NCBI GenBank assembly: GCA_031259325.1
Contig: JAIRLM010000003.1
Location: 1-32,986 of the forward strand
DNA length: 32,986 nt
From: Puniceicoccales bacterium
GTDB lineage: Bacteria; Verrucomicrobiota; Verrucomicrobiia; Opitutales; JAIRLM01
Direction: 5' to 3'
A model generated the notes under the pieces. The model did not search any database, had not been told where the DNA came from, and was given only the letters and a program-made list of their open reading frames with translations. How positions within the stretch are numbered: the first letter of the stretch is position 1; every line of letters starts with the position of its first letter. Shown here piece after piece: positions 8,594 to 16,702 of this stretch. A program made the translations under genes and the position numbers.

Positions 8594-10111
8594 ATGGGTT
8601 CATTGGCAAATTTTCTTTCCAGGTGCATGAGGTTCGACGCCATCGGATTTTCCCTGGATAGCAGTAAAATTCCCATGACGGAGGATGTTTGGCGGAAACT
8701 TTCCGGGCCAACGGCGGCGGCGTTGGAGGCCTTGGAACGATTGGAGGGCGGCGCCATTGCCAATGCCACGGAAGGTCGTCAGGTTGGCCATTACTGGCTG
8801 CGGGCACCAAAATTGGCACCGGATAAGGCCATTGAAGATGCCATCGGGTCCACGTTGAAGCGGATTATGTCCTTCGCCGAAGACGTTCACACTGGTAAAA
8901 TCACCGCCGGAGGTAAAAAATTCACCCATTTACTCTGCATCGGCATTGGCGGTTCCGCCCTCGGTCCGCAACTGGTCGCGGATGCTCTTATGCCGGAAAA
9001 CCCATCGCTGGAAATCCTGTTTCTCGATAACACGGATCCAGATGGCTTCGCCCGCTGCTTCAAATCATTGGAGCCGCATTTGGAAACAACTTTGGTCATC
9101 GTGACTTCCAAATCCGGATCAACACCCGAGCCAAACAACGCACTGGCGGCGACGGTCGGATTTTTTGTCAAACGCAAAATTTCGTTCCCATCCCACGCCG
9201 TTGCCATCACATGCGATGGGAGCAAGCTCCACCAACGGGCCCAGGACGAAAATTGGCTGGCCATCTTCCCCATGTGGGACTGGGTTGGCGGTCGAACGAG
9301 CGTTACATCCGCGGTCGGTTTGCTGCCGGCGGCGCTATATGGCATCGACGTCGGATCTTTTTTACGGGGAGCGGCGGAGATGGACAAGCTCACCCGCGCA
9401 CGGGAAAATAACCCAGCCATGCGCCTGGCCCAGTGCTGGTACGTGGCGGCCAATGGCAAGGGCACCAAGGACATGGTTATTATTCCATACCGGGACGGCC
9501 TGGGACTTTTGGCTAAATATCTGCAGCAGCTTATTATGGAATCGCTGGGCAAGCGTCTCGACCGGAAGGGCAACGTGGTGCACCAGGGCCTCACCGTCTA
9601 CGGCAACAAGGGGTCCACGGATCAACATGCCTATGTGCAACAGCTGCGGGACGGCATGGATAATTTTTTTGTCACGTTCATCGAAGTCCTCCGCAATCAG
9701 TCGGCAACCGGACAAAACGTAGTCAATGCGGCGGAGGCGGCCGATTATCTAGAAGGATTTTTGCTTGGCACCCGGGAAGCTCTAAGTGAGTGCGGGCGGA
9801 TGTCCATAACCATTACCCTGCGGGAACTTACGCCATTTTCCCTGGGCATGCTCATCGCCCTATATGAGCGGGCGGTTGGTTTCTATGCGGAATTGATCGA
9901 CGTGAATGCCTATGACCAGCCGGGCGTGGAAGCTGGGAAAAAAGCCGCCGCTGAAATTTTGCTGCTTAAAAAAGAAATCTGCGATTATCTGAGTCAAAAT
10001 TCCCTTTCACTGGAAAATGTCGATGCGGCGACCATCGCCAAAGCCCTCCATAGGGAGGAACGCGGTGAATTAATTTTCAAACTGCTTGAGTTTTTGCGCG
10101 CTAATTCCTAG
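8594..10111 (+). CDS. pgi: Glucose-6-phosphate isomerase
   Basis: GIGGSALGP, SKSGSTPE, WDWVGGRTS, QQLIMESLGK, GSTDQHAYVQQLRDG, YDQPGVEAGKK. Confidence 0.97.
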   Translation: MGSLANFLSRCMRFDAIGFSLDSSKIPMTEDVWRKLSGPTAAALEALERLEGGAIANATEGRQVGHYWLRAPKLAPDKAIEDAIGSTLKRIMSFAEDVHTGKITAGGKKFTHLLCIGIGGSALGPQLVADALMPENPSLEILFLDNTDPDGFARCFKSLEPHLETTLVIVTSKSGSTPEPNNALAATVGFFVKRKISFPSHAVAITCDGSKLHQRAQDENWLAIFPMWDWVGGRTSVTSAVGLLPAALYGIDVGSFLRGAAEMDKLTRARENNPAMRLAQCWYVAANGKGTKDMVIIPYRDGLGLLAKYLQQLIMESLGKRLDRKGNVVHQGLTVYGNKGSTDQHAYVQQLRDGMDNFFVTFIEVLRNQSATGQNVVNAAEAADYLEGFLLGTREALSECGRMSITITLRELTPFSLGMLIALYERAVGFYAELIDVNAYDQPGVEAGKKAAAEILLLKKEICDYLSQNSLSLENVDAATIAKALHREERGELIFKLLEFLRANS

Positions 10112-10188
10112 GTTTGTGAATCGCAAGGGAAATTTGGCAAAATTTTTATTTGCTAATTCCTGCGGACTTCATAATTATAGATGGCGTT

Positions 10189-10410
10189 ATGGCGAGTATA
10201 GCTGCGCGCGTTCGGCCATCAAAGTCTCTCAAGATCCATAAGGCCAGTTGCGCCAAAAAGATTGTGGCTAAAAAGGATGACGATCTTCGCCGCCCAAAAG
10301 AGGATCTTATGGATAGCCTAAAAGAGACAGAAGATCTATCGAAGTGCAAGTCTTATTCAAGCTTGGACGAGCTGCTCAGTGATTTGCGATCAAAACATGG
10401 AAATATTTAA
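10189..10410 (+). CDS. Putative antitoxin for the downstream YoeB toxin
   Basis: 73-aa ORF overlapping the toxin start. The C-terminus KSYSSLDELLSDL resembles RelB/DinJ-type antitoxin tails. Confidence 0.65.
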   Translation: MASIAARVRPSKSLKIHKASCAKKIVAKKDDDLRRPKEDLMDSLKETEDLSKCKSYSSLDELLSDLRSKHGNI

Positions 10411-10663
10411 GTCGAAGCGTTTTGAAAATGGCTATGCAAGACTTGTGAAAGAAGATCCGTGTTTGGTTAGAAAGCTCGAAAAAATTATGGCCGCCGTGAT
10501 TACATCGCCCAGGGCGGGAGTTGGGCGACCTGAGCAGCTTAAGGGATATCGCCCGCGGGTAGTGTGGTCGCGGCGTATCATTGGCAAACATCGTTTAGTG
10601 TACGAACTTGGTAAAAATTTTATCGTATACCATTCCTGCTACGGCCACTACGATGATCATTGA
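10397..10663 (+). CDS. yoeB: Txe/YoeB-family toxin (ribosome-dependent mRNase)
   Basis: GVGRPEQLKG...WSRRIIGKHRLVY...SCYGHY, the YoeB signature. Confidence 0.9.
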   Translation: MEIFKSKRFENGYARLVKEDPCLVRKLEKIMAAVITSPRAGVGRPEQLKGYRPRVVWSRRIIGKHRLVYELGKNFIVYHSCYGHYDDH

Positions 10664-10983
10664 CCGAGCAGGCATACATCCGTTCGTAGCCGTGGATTAA
10701 ATCTTCGAATGAGCCTTGGGATATTTTCCAGGAGACCGGTTACAAAATTCTCGGATTCCGGCACTTGGGGTTATGCGCGAATTTGCTGGCGAATCTTGCG
10801 AATTTTATTCTTAAATGCGCCCCATGCGTTCGCGTGTACTTTGGCTGTGTGCGGCGGCAATTCTAAGCCTTTGCGGCGGATGTTGCTCTGACCGTTGCCC
10901 CGATGAAGCGTCCCTGCCCTGGGCGCGGCCTTCCAGCTGGGAAGGGAGCAACCCGCTTTCGGCGATAACCCAGCGGTAATGCC

Positions 10984-11724
10984 ATGGAACAAGCCGCCCA
11001 TCCGTTGGCTCCTGGGCTTTACGTAGTTGCCACGCCCATTGGAAATCTTGGCGATATTACCCTCCGGGCGCTGAAGATTTTAAAATCCGTGGACTTGATT
11101 GCCTGTGAAGATACGCGGACAACGGCTAAGTTGTTACGACACTACGACATAGTGCGTGCGATGGTTTCATACCACGAGCACAATGAACGCGCGCGAGCAA
11201 GCGAAATTGCCGATAAAATTCAAAACGGTTCGCGCGTGGCACTGGTTTGTGACGCTGGAACGCCCGCCGTGAGTGACCCCGGCTTCCGACTGGTTCGGGA
11301 ATGCCGTATCCGGCGACTCCTCGTTGTGCCCATACCTGGACCTAGCGCATTTACGACGGCACTTTGCGCATCGGGGCTGCCATCCAATGCTTTTTTATTT
11401 TTGGGATTTCTCTCCAATAAATCCGCCGCGCGCGTCCGAACGCTGGAAAATTACCGAAACTTCCCGCACACACTTATCTTGTACGAGTCCTGCCACCGGG
11501 CCCAAAAGCTTCTCGGCGAAATTGTTCAAGTGTTCGGCCATGAGCGAGTCATAGCCATCGGTCGAGAACTCACCAAATTGCATGAAACGTTCTACCGCGG
11601 GAATGCCGGTGAGCTTCAAAAAATATTGGACACATCCCAATGTCGTGGTGAATTTGTCTTTCTCATTGCCCCGGAAGATTTTAGCAGCAATGAAGTTCCG
11701 GTTTGGGCGCCGAATGCCACGTGA
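10984..11724 (+). CDS. rsmI: 16S rRNA (cytidine1402-2'-O)-methyltransferase
   Basis: LYVVATPIGNLGDITLRAL, IACEDTR, DAGTPAVSDPG, PIPGPSA, RELTKLHE. Confidence 0.97.
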   Translation: MEQAAHPLAPGLYVVATPIGNLGDITLRALKILKSVDLIACEDTRTTAKLLRHYDIVRAMVSYHEHNERARASEIADKIQNGSRVALVCDAGTPAVSDPGFRLVRECRIRRLLVVPIPGPSAFTTALCASGLPSNAFLFLGFLSNKSAARVRTLENYRNFPHTLILYESCHRAQKLLGEIVQVFGHERVIAIGRELTKLHETFYRGNAGELQKILDTSQCRGEFVFLIAPEDFSSNEVPVWAPNAT

Positions 11725-11726
11725 CG

Positions 11727-13682
11727 CTATGCCTCGTATTGCAGGGTTGAAATGTGGTGTTGTTCGCGCTGTGATTTCTTCCAGCCCCTCCAGCTCTTCC
11801 GACCTCTTCGATGTGGTTTTTCAGGTATGGCAAACTCGTCCATGTTGAGGGTTGGTTTCCCGGAGAGATTGCTTCTTTGAAAGAATTTTTCGTAGGGATC
11901 GCCTTCATCCGGGGAAAGCTCAACAACACGCGGAGATATAATGAACAAGCGCTCCATGGTTTCCGTCGCCCGATCGGCCATACTAAATAGACGGCCGATA
12001 ACGGGAAGATTTTTCAAAACCGGGATTCCACGTCGGCCATCGCTGTGGTGCTCGTAGTAGTACCCGCCAACGATGAGGCTTTGTCCCTCGTTGAGGATGG
12101 ACTGGGTGTTAATTTGACTACTGGTGACCATGGGCATGCCCGCGGAGCCGCCGGTGTCGGACATGGTTCCATCCTCAATGCTGACGAAGAGTTTGATTTT
12201 GCGCTCCACCGTTCCGTCATCCCTGGGAATATCAATAATGTGGGGAATGACGCGAAGGGCGACCTTCGCGGAAACGGTGAACAGATCCGTGGCATAGGCG
12301 CCAGCCACGGGAACATAGGTTTCCCGATTGTTGGAGATGACCGCCGCAATGTTATCCAGCGTCAGCACCGACGGACGAGACAGGGTTTTTGCCGCGCTAG
12401 ATGACTCCAAGGCTTGCAACCTGGCGGTAATTCCCGCGGATCCCATGTTGGGAACTTTTAAATAGAAGTTTAAATTTTTGTCGTCCAGGGTTAAATCGCC
12501 GCCTTCCGGTCTCCAGAGGAGAGAGCGCTCTCCATTAAGGAATTCCAGCACATCGATGCCCATTTTGTGACTTCTACCCACGTTGATATCTACGATGGCC
12601 ACGTCGATTTCTACGGCTTTCGTGGGAACGTCGAAACGCTCAATCAGGGACTGGTAAAATGGCATGAGATCCTTCCGATCCCGTATTATCACTGCGTTCT
12701 GCCGGGCATCGTAGGTAATTGAGGTAAATTTCCCGGTTAGGCTCCGAGACTCCGCTTCTTCAGCCGTGGTTTTAGTTTTCTTATCATCAGTAGTTCGCAA
12801 AGGCTTTGTTGAGAGCTTAGTGATCCCCTTCAATTGCGAAACCTGCGTTGATTGTTTCTTTGCCTCCTGCTCCTGTTGTGCTGCCTGTGCCGCCATTTGC
12901 TGGGCCTGATTTACCGCCGTGGAAACCGCTGACTGCTGCTTAAGCACGCCATCTACGGTATTTGGTTTATTCGGGGCTCCCAGTAGGACGCTTTCCTGCA
13001 TGACATTGGGAATGGTGTTCATTCCGCTCAAAATGCGGGTTAAAAGGGTCGCGACGCCCTCAATGGAGACACCGCTGCCCGTACCGACATCCAGGGTGAC
13101 GTCATAGGCGAACGCATATTTTAATGGAAAAATTTGAACCACGGTTTCATCGGCGAAGTTTTGAATGGTGTTCGTTTGGACCTTGGAGAGGAACGTGCGC
13201 AACACTTCGAGGAACCTGGGCGGACCGCTAGCAACCATCATTTTCGTGTCGGGGACGTAGCGGAGGACGGTGTTGGATCCGGCAAAGTCCAAATCGGCCA
13301 TGACTTTCCGGAGAGATGCGGCTTCCTGCGGCGTCATGGAGATAACCTCGGTCTTTATTTCCGTTCCCGGATAGACGTAAAGCGCGGTGCCGTCGTAGAA
13401 CCAAATCAAATTATACGCCTTTGAGAGCCGTTCCCAAAATTCATTTGGGGCGATGTTTTCAAAAATTCCATTCACGATCCCGGACAACGGAGCGCCGATG
13501 ATCACATCCACATGTTGAATGGCGGTGAAATCATGGATAAGAGCGTTAAGATCCTGGTTCTGTGCAAAATGGTAGTAATGCTCGTCCGTCCATGGAATCT
13601 CGCCGGCTTGGAGCGAATCGCTGAGCAGGAAGAGTCCAATTACCAATGCCGTGGACGAAAGAAAGCGATGAAGTAATTTCAT
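11727..13682 (-). CDS. sctC: Type III secretion system outer-membrane secretin (SctC; YscC/HrcC/EscC family)
   Basis: Signal peptide. N0 domain IPW..YYHFAQNQDL...F..LSKAYNLIWFYDGTALYVY, N1 MVASGPPRF and IFPLKYAFAYD are typical of T3SS secretins. The secretin domain has SRPSVLTLDN, GQSLIVGG, GIPVLKNLPVIGRLF and ERLFIISPRVV. Confidence 0.9.
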   Translation of the reverse strand: MKLLHRFLSSTALVIGLFLLSDSLQAGEIPWTDEHYYHFAQNQDLNALIHDFTAIQHVDVIIGAPLSGIVNGIFENIAPNEFWERLSKAYNLIWFYDGTALYVYPGTEIKTEVISMTPQEAASLRKVMADLDFAGSNTVLRYVPDTKMMVASGPPRFLEVLRTFLSKVQTNTIQNFADETVVQIFPLKYAFAYDVTLDVGTGSGVSIEGVATLLTRILSGMNTIPNVMQESVLLGAPNKPNTVDGVLKQQSAVSTAVNQAQQMAAQAAQQEQEAKKQSTQVSQLKGITKLSTKPLRTTDDKKTKTTAEEAESRSLTGKFTSITYDARQNAVIIRDRKDLMPFYQSLIERFDVPTKAVEIDVAIVDINVGRSHKMGIDVLEFLNGERSLLWRPEGGDLTLDDKNLNFYLKVPNMGSAGITARLQALESSSAAKTLSRPSVLTLDNIAAVISNNRETYVPVAGAYATDLFTVSAKVALRVIPHIIDIPRDDGTVERKIKLFVSIEDGTMSDTGGSAGMPMVTSSQINTQSILNEGQSLIVGGYYYEHHSDGRRGIPVLKNLPVIGRLFSMADRATETMERLFIISPRVVELSPDEGDPYEKFFQRSNLSGKPTLNMDEFAIPEKPHRRGRKSWRGWKKSQREQHHISTLQYEA

Positions 13683-14131
13683 TTTGCGAGACCTCTACTG
13701 TGTGGATTAGACGGGAGCGCCCCCGGTGTGGGATCGATAAGGCCTTTCAGGGCCATCCGGTTATGTTTCACGTTGGCCACGAAATTTTCCACCACTTCCC
13801 CAATGGAATCTTCGGTGGCCGATTCGAACGGAATATTCATTGACAGGGCAAGCTCATCATACTCTGGAACATAGACGAGAACCTCCGGCTCGGCGATGGC
13901 GCGATCGAAATTCAACCGCAGCAAATCCATGCATTTGTCCAACTTCGCAAATGCGGTGGAGGCTTCCTTCACAAGTTGTCCTTCCAGCAGAAGGTTCTTG
14001 CCGCTGTTTGCCAAGAGGCGGATTTGCGACCCGTCGCCGAGCACAACTCCATAGTTGCCGTTTCCATCGGCTTCCCAGCTGAAAACGCCCAGCTCTGCAG
14101 CGATAACGGAAATCACCTCTTCCCTTTGCAT
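13679..14131 (-). CDS. Class I type III secretion chaperone (CesT/SycE-like)
   Basis: 150-aa acidic protein with the pattern DGNGNYGVVLGD...LLRLNF...ELALSMNIP...VENFVANVKHNR. Its stop overlaps the sctC start by 4 bp (ATGA). Confidence 0.72.
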   Translation of the reverse strand: MQREEVISVIAAELGVFSWEADGNGNYGVVLGDGSQIRLLANSGKNLLLEGQLVKEASTAFAKLDKCMDLLRLNFDRAIAEPEVLVYVPEYDELALSMNIPFESATEDSIGEVVENFVANVKHNRMALKGLIDPTPGALPSNPHSRGLAK

Positions 14132-14145
14132 ACAACAGACGGCTG

Positions 14146-14174
14146 AAGTTACCTAGAAGGATTTTGACTGGCAA
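14146..14174 (-). promoter_or_regulatory. Candidate sigma70-type promoter of the chaperone-sctC operon
   Basis: TTGCCA-N17-TAACTT on the minus strand, 14 nt upstream of ATG 14131. Confidence 0.4.
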
Positions 14175-14231
14175 GGAAAATCTTCCAAATCACCCCGCTG
14201 GACGAAACTTATCGTGTCGCCGGGGTGCACT

Positions 14232-14726
14232 TTACGCCCTGCTCCGCGTCCACCAATCGCGCAGACGGTAAGGATAAACGGCCAAATAGAGGCTTTCAAG
14301 GACAATGCCATAGGCGAATACCTTTATGCCTAAGGCCCACCATTGGTAGTGGTCTAAAAGCGCATTAAGCACGGCCGCCGCCCAAAGTAGCTGCAAAATT
14401 ACAACGCCGCGAACGGCCAGAAAGCCGTAATTTCGCCAAATGGCCCCCGCCGCCAGAAGGACTAGGAAAGCCTGAAAAATCCTTCGATGCCCGCCGAAAT
14501 CCGCATCGCTCAGCGTGGAAAATTTCCAAAAGAGGCACACCACCGCTGCTAGAAAAATGCTGAAATTTATCCATTTGTTGAATAGGATCCTGTAGACGAA
14601 ATCACGCTCAAACGGATGCCAAACCACCAGCGCCAACACGCCAACGGGAATAAGACCGGCGAAAATCAAAAACCACACGAACACACCGTAAATGCGATAG
14701 TCCGAGATGCCACAAAAAATCTCCAT
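14232..14726 (-). CDS. Hypothetical multi-pass membrane protein
   Basis: About 5 hydrophobic segments with LSDADFG, FLAVRG and YPYRLRDW. Start ATG 14726 is preferred because 14825 overlaps the HEPN gene. Confidence 0.75.
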   Translation of the reverse strand: MEIFCGISDYRIYGVFVWFLIFAGLIPVGVLALVVWHPFERDFVYRILFNKWINFSIFLAAVVCLFWKFSTLSDADFGGHRRIFQAFLVLLAAGAIWRNYGFLAVRGVVILQLLWAAAVLNALLDHYQWWALGIKVFAYGIVLESLYLAVYPYRLRDWWTRSRA

Positions 14727-14794
14727 CACGTCAGAACCCGCGACGGCATCTTGAAAATATTGCCAATTGTGGATGATGGAAACAGAAATTTTCC

Positions 14795-15226
14795 ATGGTC
14801 GCCGATGGACTTTTCTATGAGCCACTTGTCCGCGCGCTTGGAACCTTGGAAGAGGCCTTGAATTCTGCGCAAAAACGGCCCAACGACCTTATCGCCCGGG
14901 ACGCAACCATCCAGCGCTTCGAGTACACCTACGAATTAGCAACCAAAATCCTGCGGCGCTACTTGGTCATGCAGGCGTTGAGCGGGGACGAAATCGCCCA
15001 GATGGGCTTCAAAAACCTGATACGGGAGGCCAACGCGCGGGGCATTCTTCGCGGAGATGTGGCACTTTGGGATAGCTTTCGCGAGGCTCGGAACCTGACC
15101 GGCCACACTTATCGGGCGCCGATAGCCGACGAAGTTTTTGAGAAAATCCCCGCCTTCATCGGCGAAGTAAGATTTTTTCTCGATGAACTACGACGCGTAG
15201 AAAGGACGGAAAATGGGGATCATTGA
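14795..15226 (+). CDS. HEPN-domain protein, HI0074-like nucleotidyltransferase substrate-binding subunit (toxin)
   Basis: RDATIQRFEYTYELA and the Rx4H motif RNLTGHTY. Confidence 0.9.
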   Translation: MVADGLFYEPLVRALGTLEEALNSAQKRPNDLIARDATIQRFEYTYELATKILRRYLVMQALSGDEIAQMGFKNLIREANARGILRGDVALWDSFREARNLTGHTYRAPIADEVFEKIPAFIGEVRFFLDELRRVERTENGDH

Positions 15227-15533
15227 CCTCACTCCGGAGCAGATGCAGTTCGTGCGTGTGACCTTGGCCAGGCATCTCATAAATAGCGGCGCAACGGTGT
15301 ACGTGTTCGGCTCGCGGGCGACGGGCAAGGCGCGGAAGTTTTCCGATTTGGATCTGGCCATAGATTACCCCGACGGCATTCCCGAAAACACATTGCTAGC
15401 CCTGAAGGACGACTTCGAGGAAAGTAACTTCCCCTACTTCGTGGACATCACCGACTACCACCGGTGCGACAGACCATTCCAAGAAATCATCGACCGAACG
15501 AATACCCTGCTTACCCGATACACACCAGGATAG
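15213..15533 (+). CDS. Minimal nucleotidyltransferase (MNT) antitoxin
   Basis: VYVFGSRATGKARKFSDLDLAI (GSx10DxD) and FEESNFPYFVDI. Overlaps the HEPN gene. Confidence 0.9.
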   Translation: MGIIDLTPEQMQFVRVTLARHLINSGATVYVFGSRATGKARKFSDLDLAIDYPDGIPENTLLALKDDFEESNFPYFVDITDYHRCDRPFQEIIDRTNTLLTRYTPG

Positions 15534-15602
15534 AACAGTCCAACGCTCAGCAAAGACCTTCCCAGTTGCGAAACCCTCCTAACGTGCCATGAAAAGCCCT
15601 AA

Positions 15603-16238
15603 CTATACAAGCATTTGCTGGGTCGCAAGCATTGGCCCGTAATGTCGGCCGGCCCATTGGGCCAAAATCCCAAAAAAGAGGCCAATCATCGCAGCGACGG
15701 CGGACAGGAAAACGCCCTGCCATGGAATGGCAAAACCAGCGGATTTCGTAAGCAGAAGCCCAAGCATAGTACAAAAAGCCGCAAACCCGGTGGCAATCCC
15801 TCCATCAGCAACCCGGGCCAAGGCAACGCGCGACACGGAATCCGGCAACGGCGGAATTCTATAAGAAACAGCAAGTCCGTCGTCCAGGATAACGCAACGC
15901 ACCATCACCTCATGCCCATTTGCCGCCTTTCGCAAAGTCTGCTCCATCAGAGGCACATACGCCTTACTCCGCACAAAAAAAAGCGGCACGCCAGACGATA
16001 GGCCAAGGCACAGCATGACAATCTTATCCGCCACTCCCTCCCGCAACTTCAAACTTTCTTCGTCTCCCACGGCTGGAGCGGCGGTGACCTCGGGCTCCGG
16101 CATCACGCAACCATCCGCCCCGTAACAAACCGCCGGACCCGAAGCCGAAACAGCCAATTCGTGCAAGTCTGAACGCCCAAACTTAAGATTCCACGCCACT
16201 GCGAACTCATCCCAAAATCGTGCTACCCGTGCGTTCAC
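15603..16238 (-). CDS. Hypothetical protein with a C-terminal two-helix hydrophobic hairpin
   Basis: 211-aa ORF with an uncertain GTG start; C-terminal GGIATGFAAFCTMLGLLL-TKSAG-FAIPWQGVFLSAVAAMIGLFFGIL. Confidence 0.6.
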   Translation of the reverse strand: MNARVARFWDEFAVAWNLKFGRSDLHELAVSASGPAVCYGADGCVMPEPEVTAAPAVGDEESLKLREGVADKIVMLCLGLSSGVPLFFVRSKAYVPLMEQTLRKAANGHEVMVRCVILDDGLAVSYRIPPLPDSVSRVALARVADGGIATGFAAFCTMLGLLLTKSAGFAIPWQGVFLSAVAAMIGLFFGILAQWAGRHYGPMLATQQMLV

Positions 16239-16441
16239 GCGTAATCTTGTACGCCTTTGCGCAGGCGAATGACATAATCTGATGCAATATTACAATTTAA
16301 AAACATTATCAGGCCATTTGGGGAAAATGAAAATTAACACATCGGCGATTTTAGCGAATTATTTAATTGTGGCATTTTTCCGTCATTATCACAAATTAAG
16401 CTTTTTTTTCGCGGTAGTACGCGAGAAACTTGCCATCAGTC

Positions 16442-16702
16442 ATGGGTTGGGGAGGAGTTGGAATCAGTACGCGGCCGAGGTACATTGCCAGAGGCAAGGC
16501 GGGAAATGATAATGGGCGGTCATCTGCACAGGAACTTGAGGTCACACAGGTGGATGTTTGCAATGGGAGGTATTCAGTGGAGGCTACTGCGGTTCCGAAA
16601 CAGGCGTTTGATGTCCTTGTGGCCCTTGCCAAGCAAGGGGCGTTGTTCCAGCAAGGGTGTGGTGGGGATCTTAGGCCGCTCAAGCTTTTGGTTGATGCGT
16701 AG
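16442..16702 (+). CDS. Small hypothetical protein or gene remnant
   Basis: The ORF (MGWGGVGISTRP...) follows an AT-rich intergenic region and overlaps the 3' end of fmt. No motif. Confidence 0.3.
   Translation: MGWGGVGISTRPRYIARGKAGNDNGRSSAQELEVTQVDVCNGRYSVEATAVPKQAFDVLVALAKQGALFQQGCGGDLRPLKLLVDA

Noticed and set aside
10771-10805. Three GCGAAT hexamers and a 76-aa minus-strand ORF ending KIRKIRQQIRA
   Set aside because: Spacing is irregular (12 and 9 nt), the ORF overlaps the rsmI start, and it has no SD or motif.
10925-10955. CAGCTGGGAAGGGAGCAAC resembles SRP RNA helix 8; rnpB often lies next to rsmI
   Set aside because: The bases flanking GGAA do not pair as in SRP RNA, and the RNase P motifs (GAGGAAAGUCC etc.) are absent on both strands.
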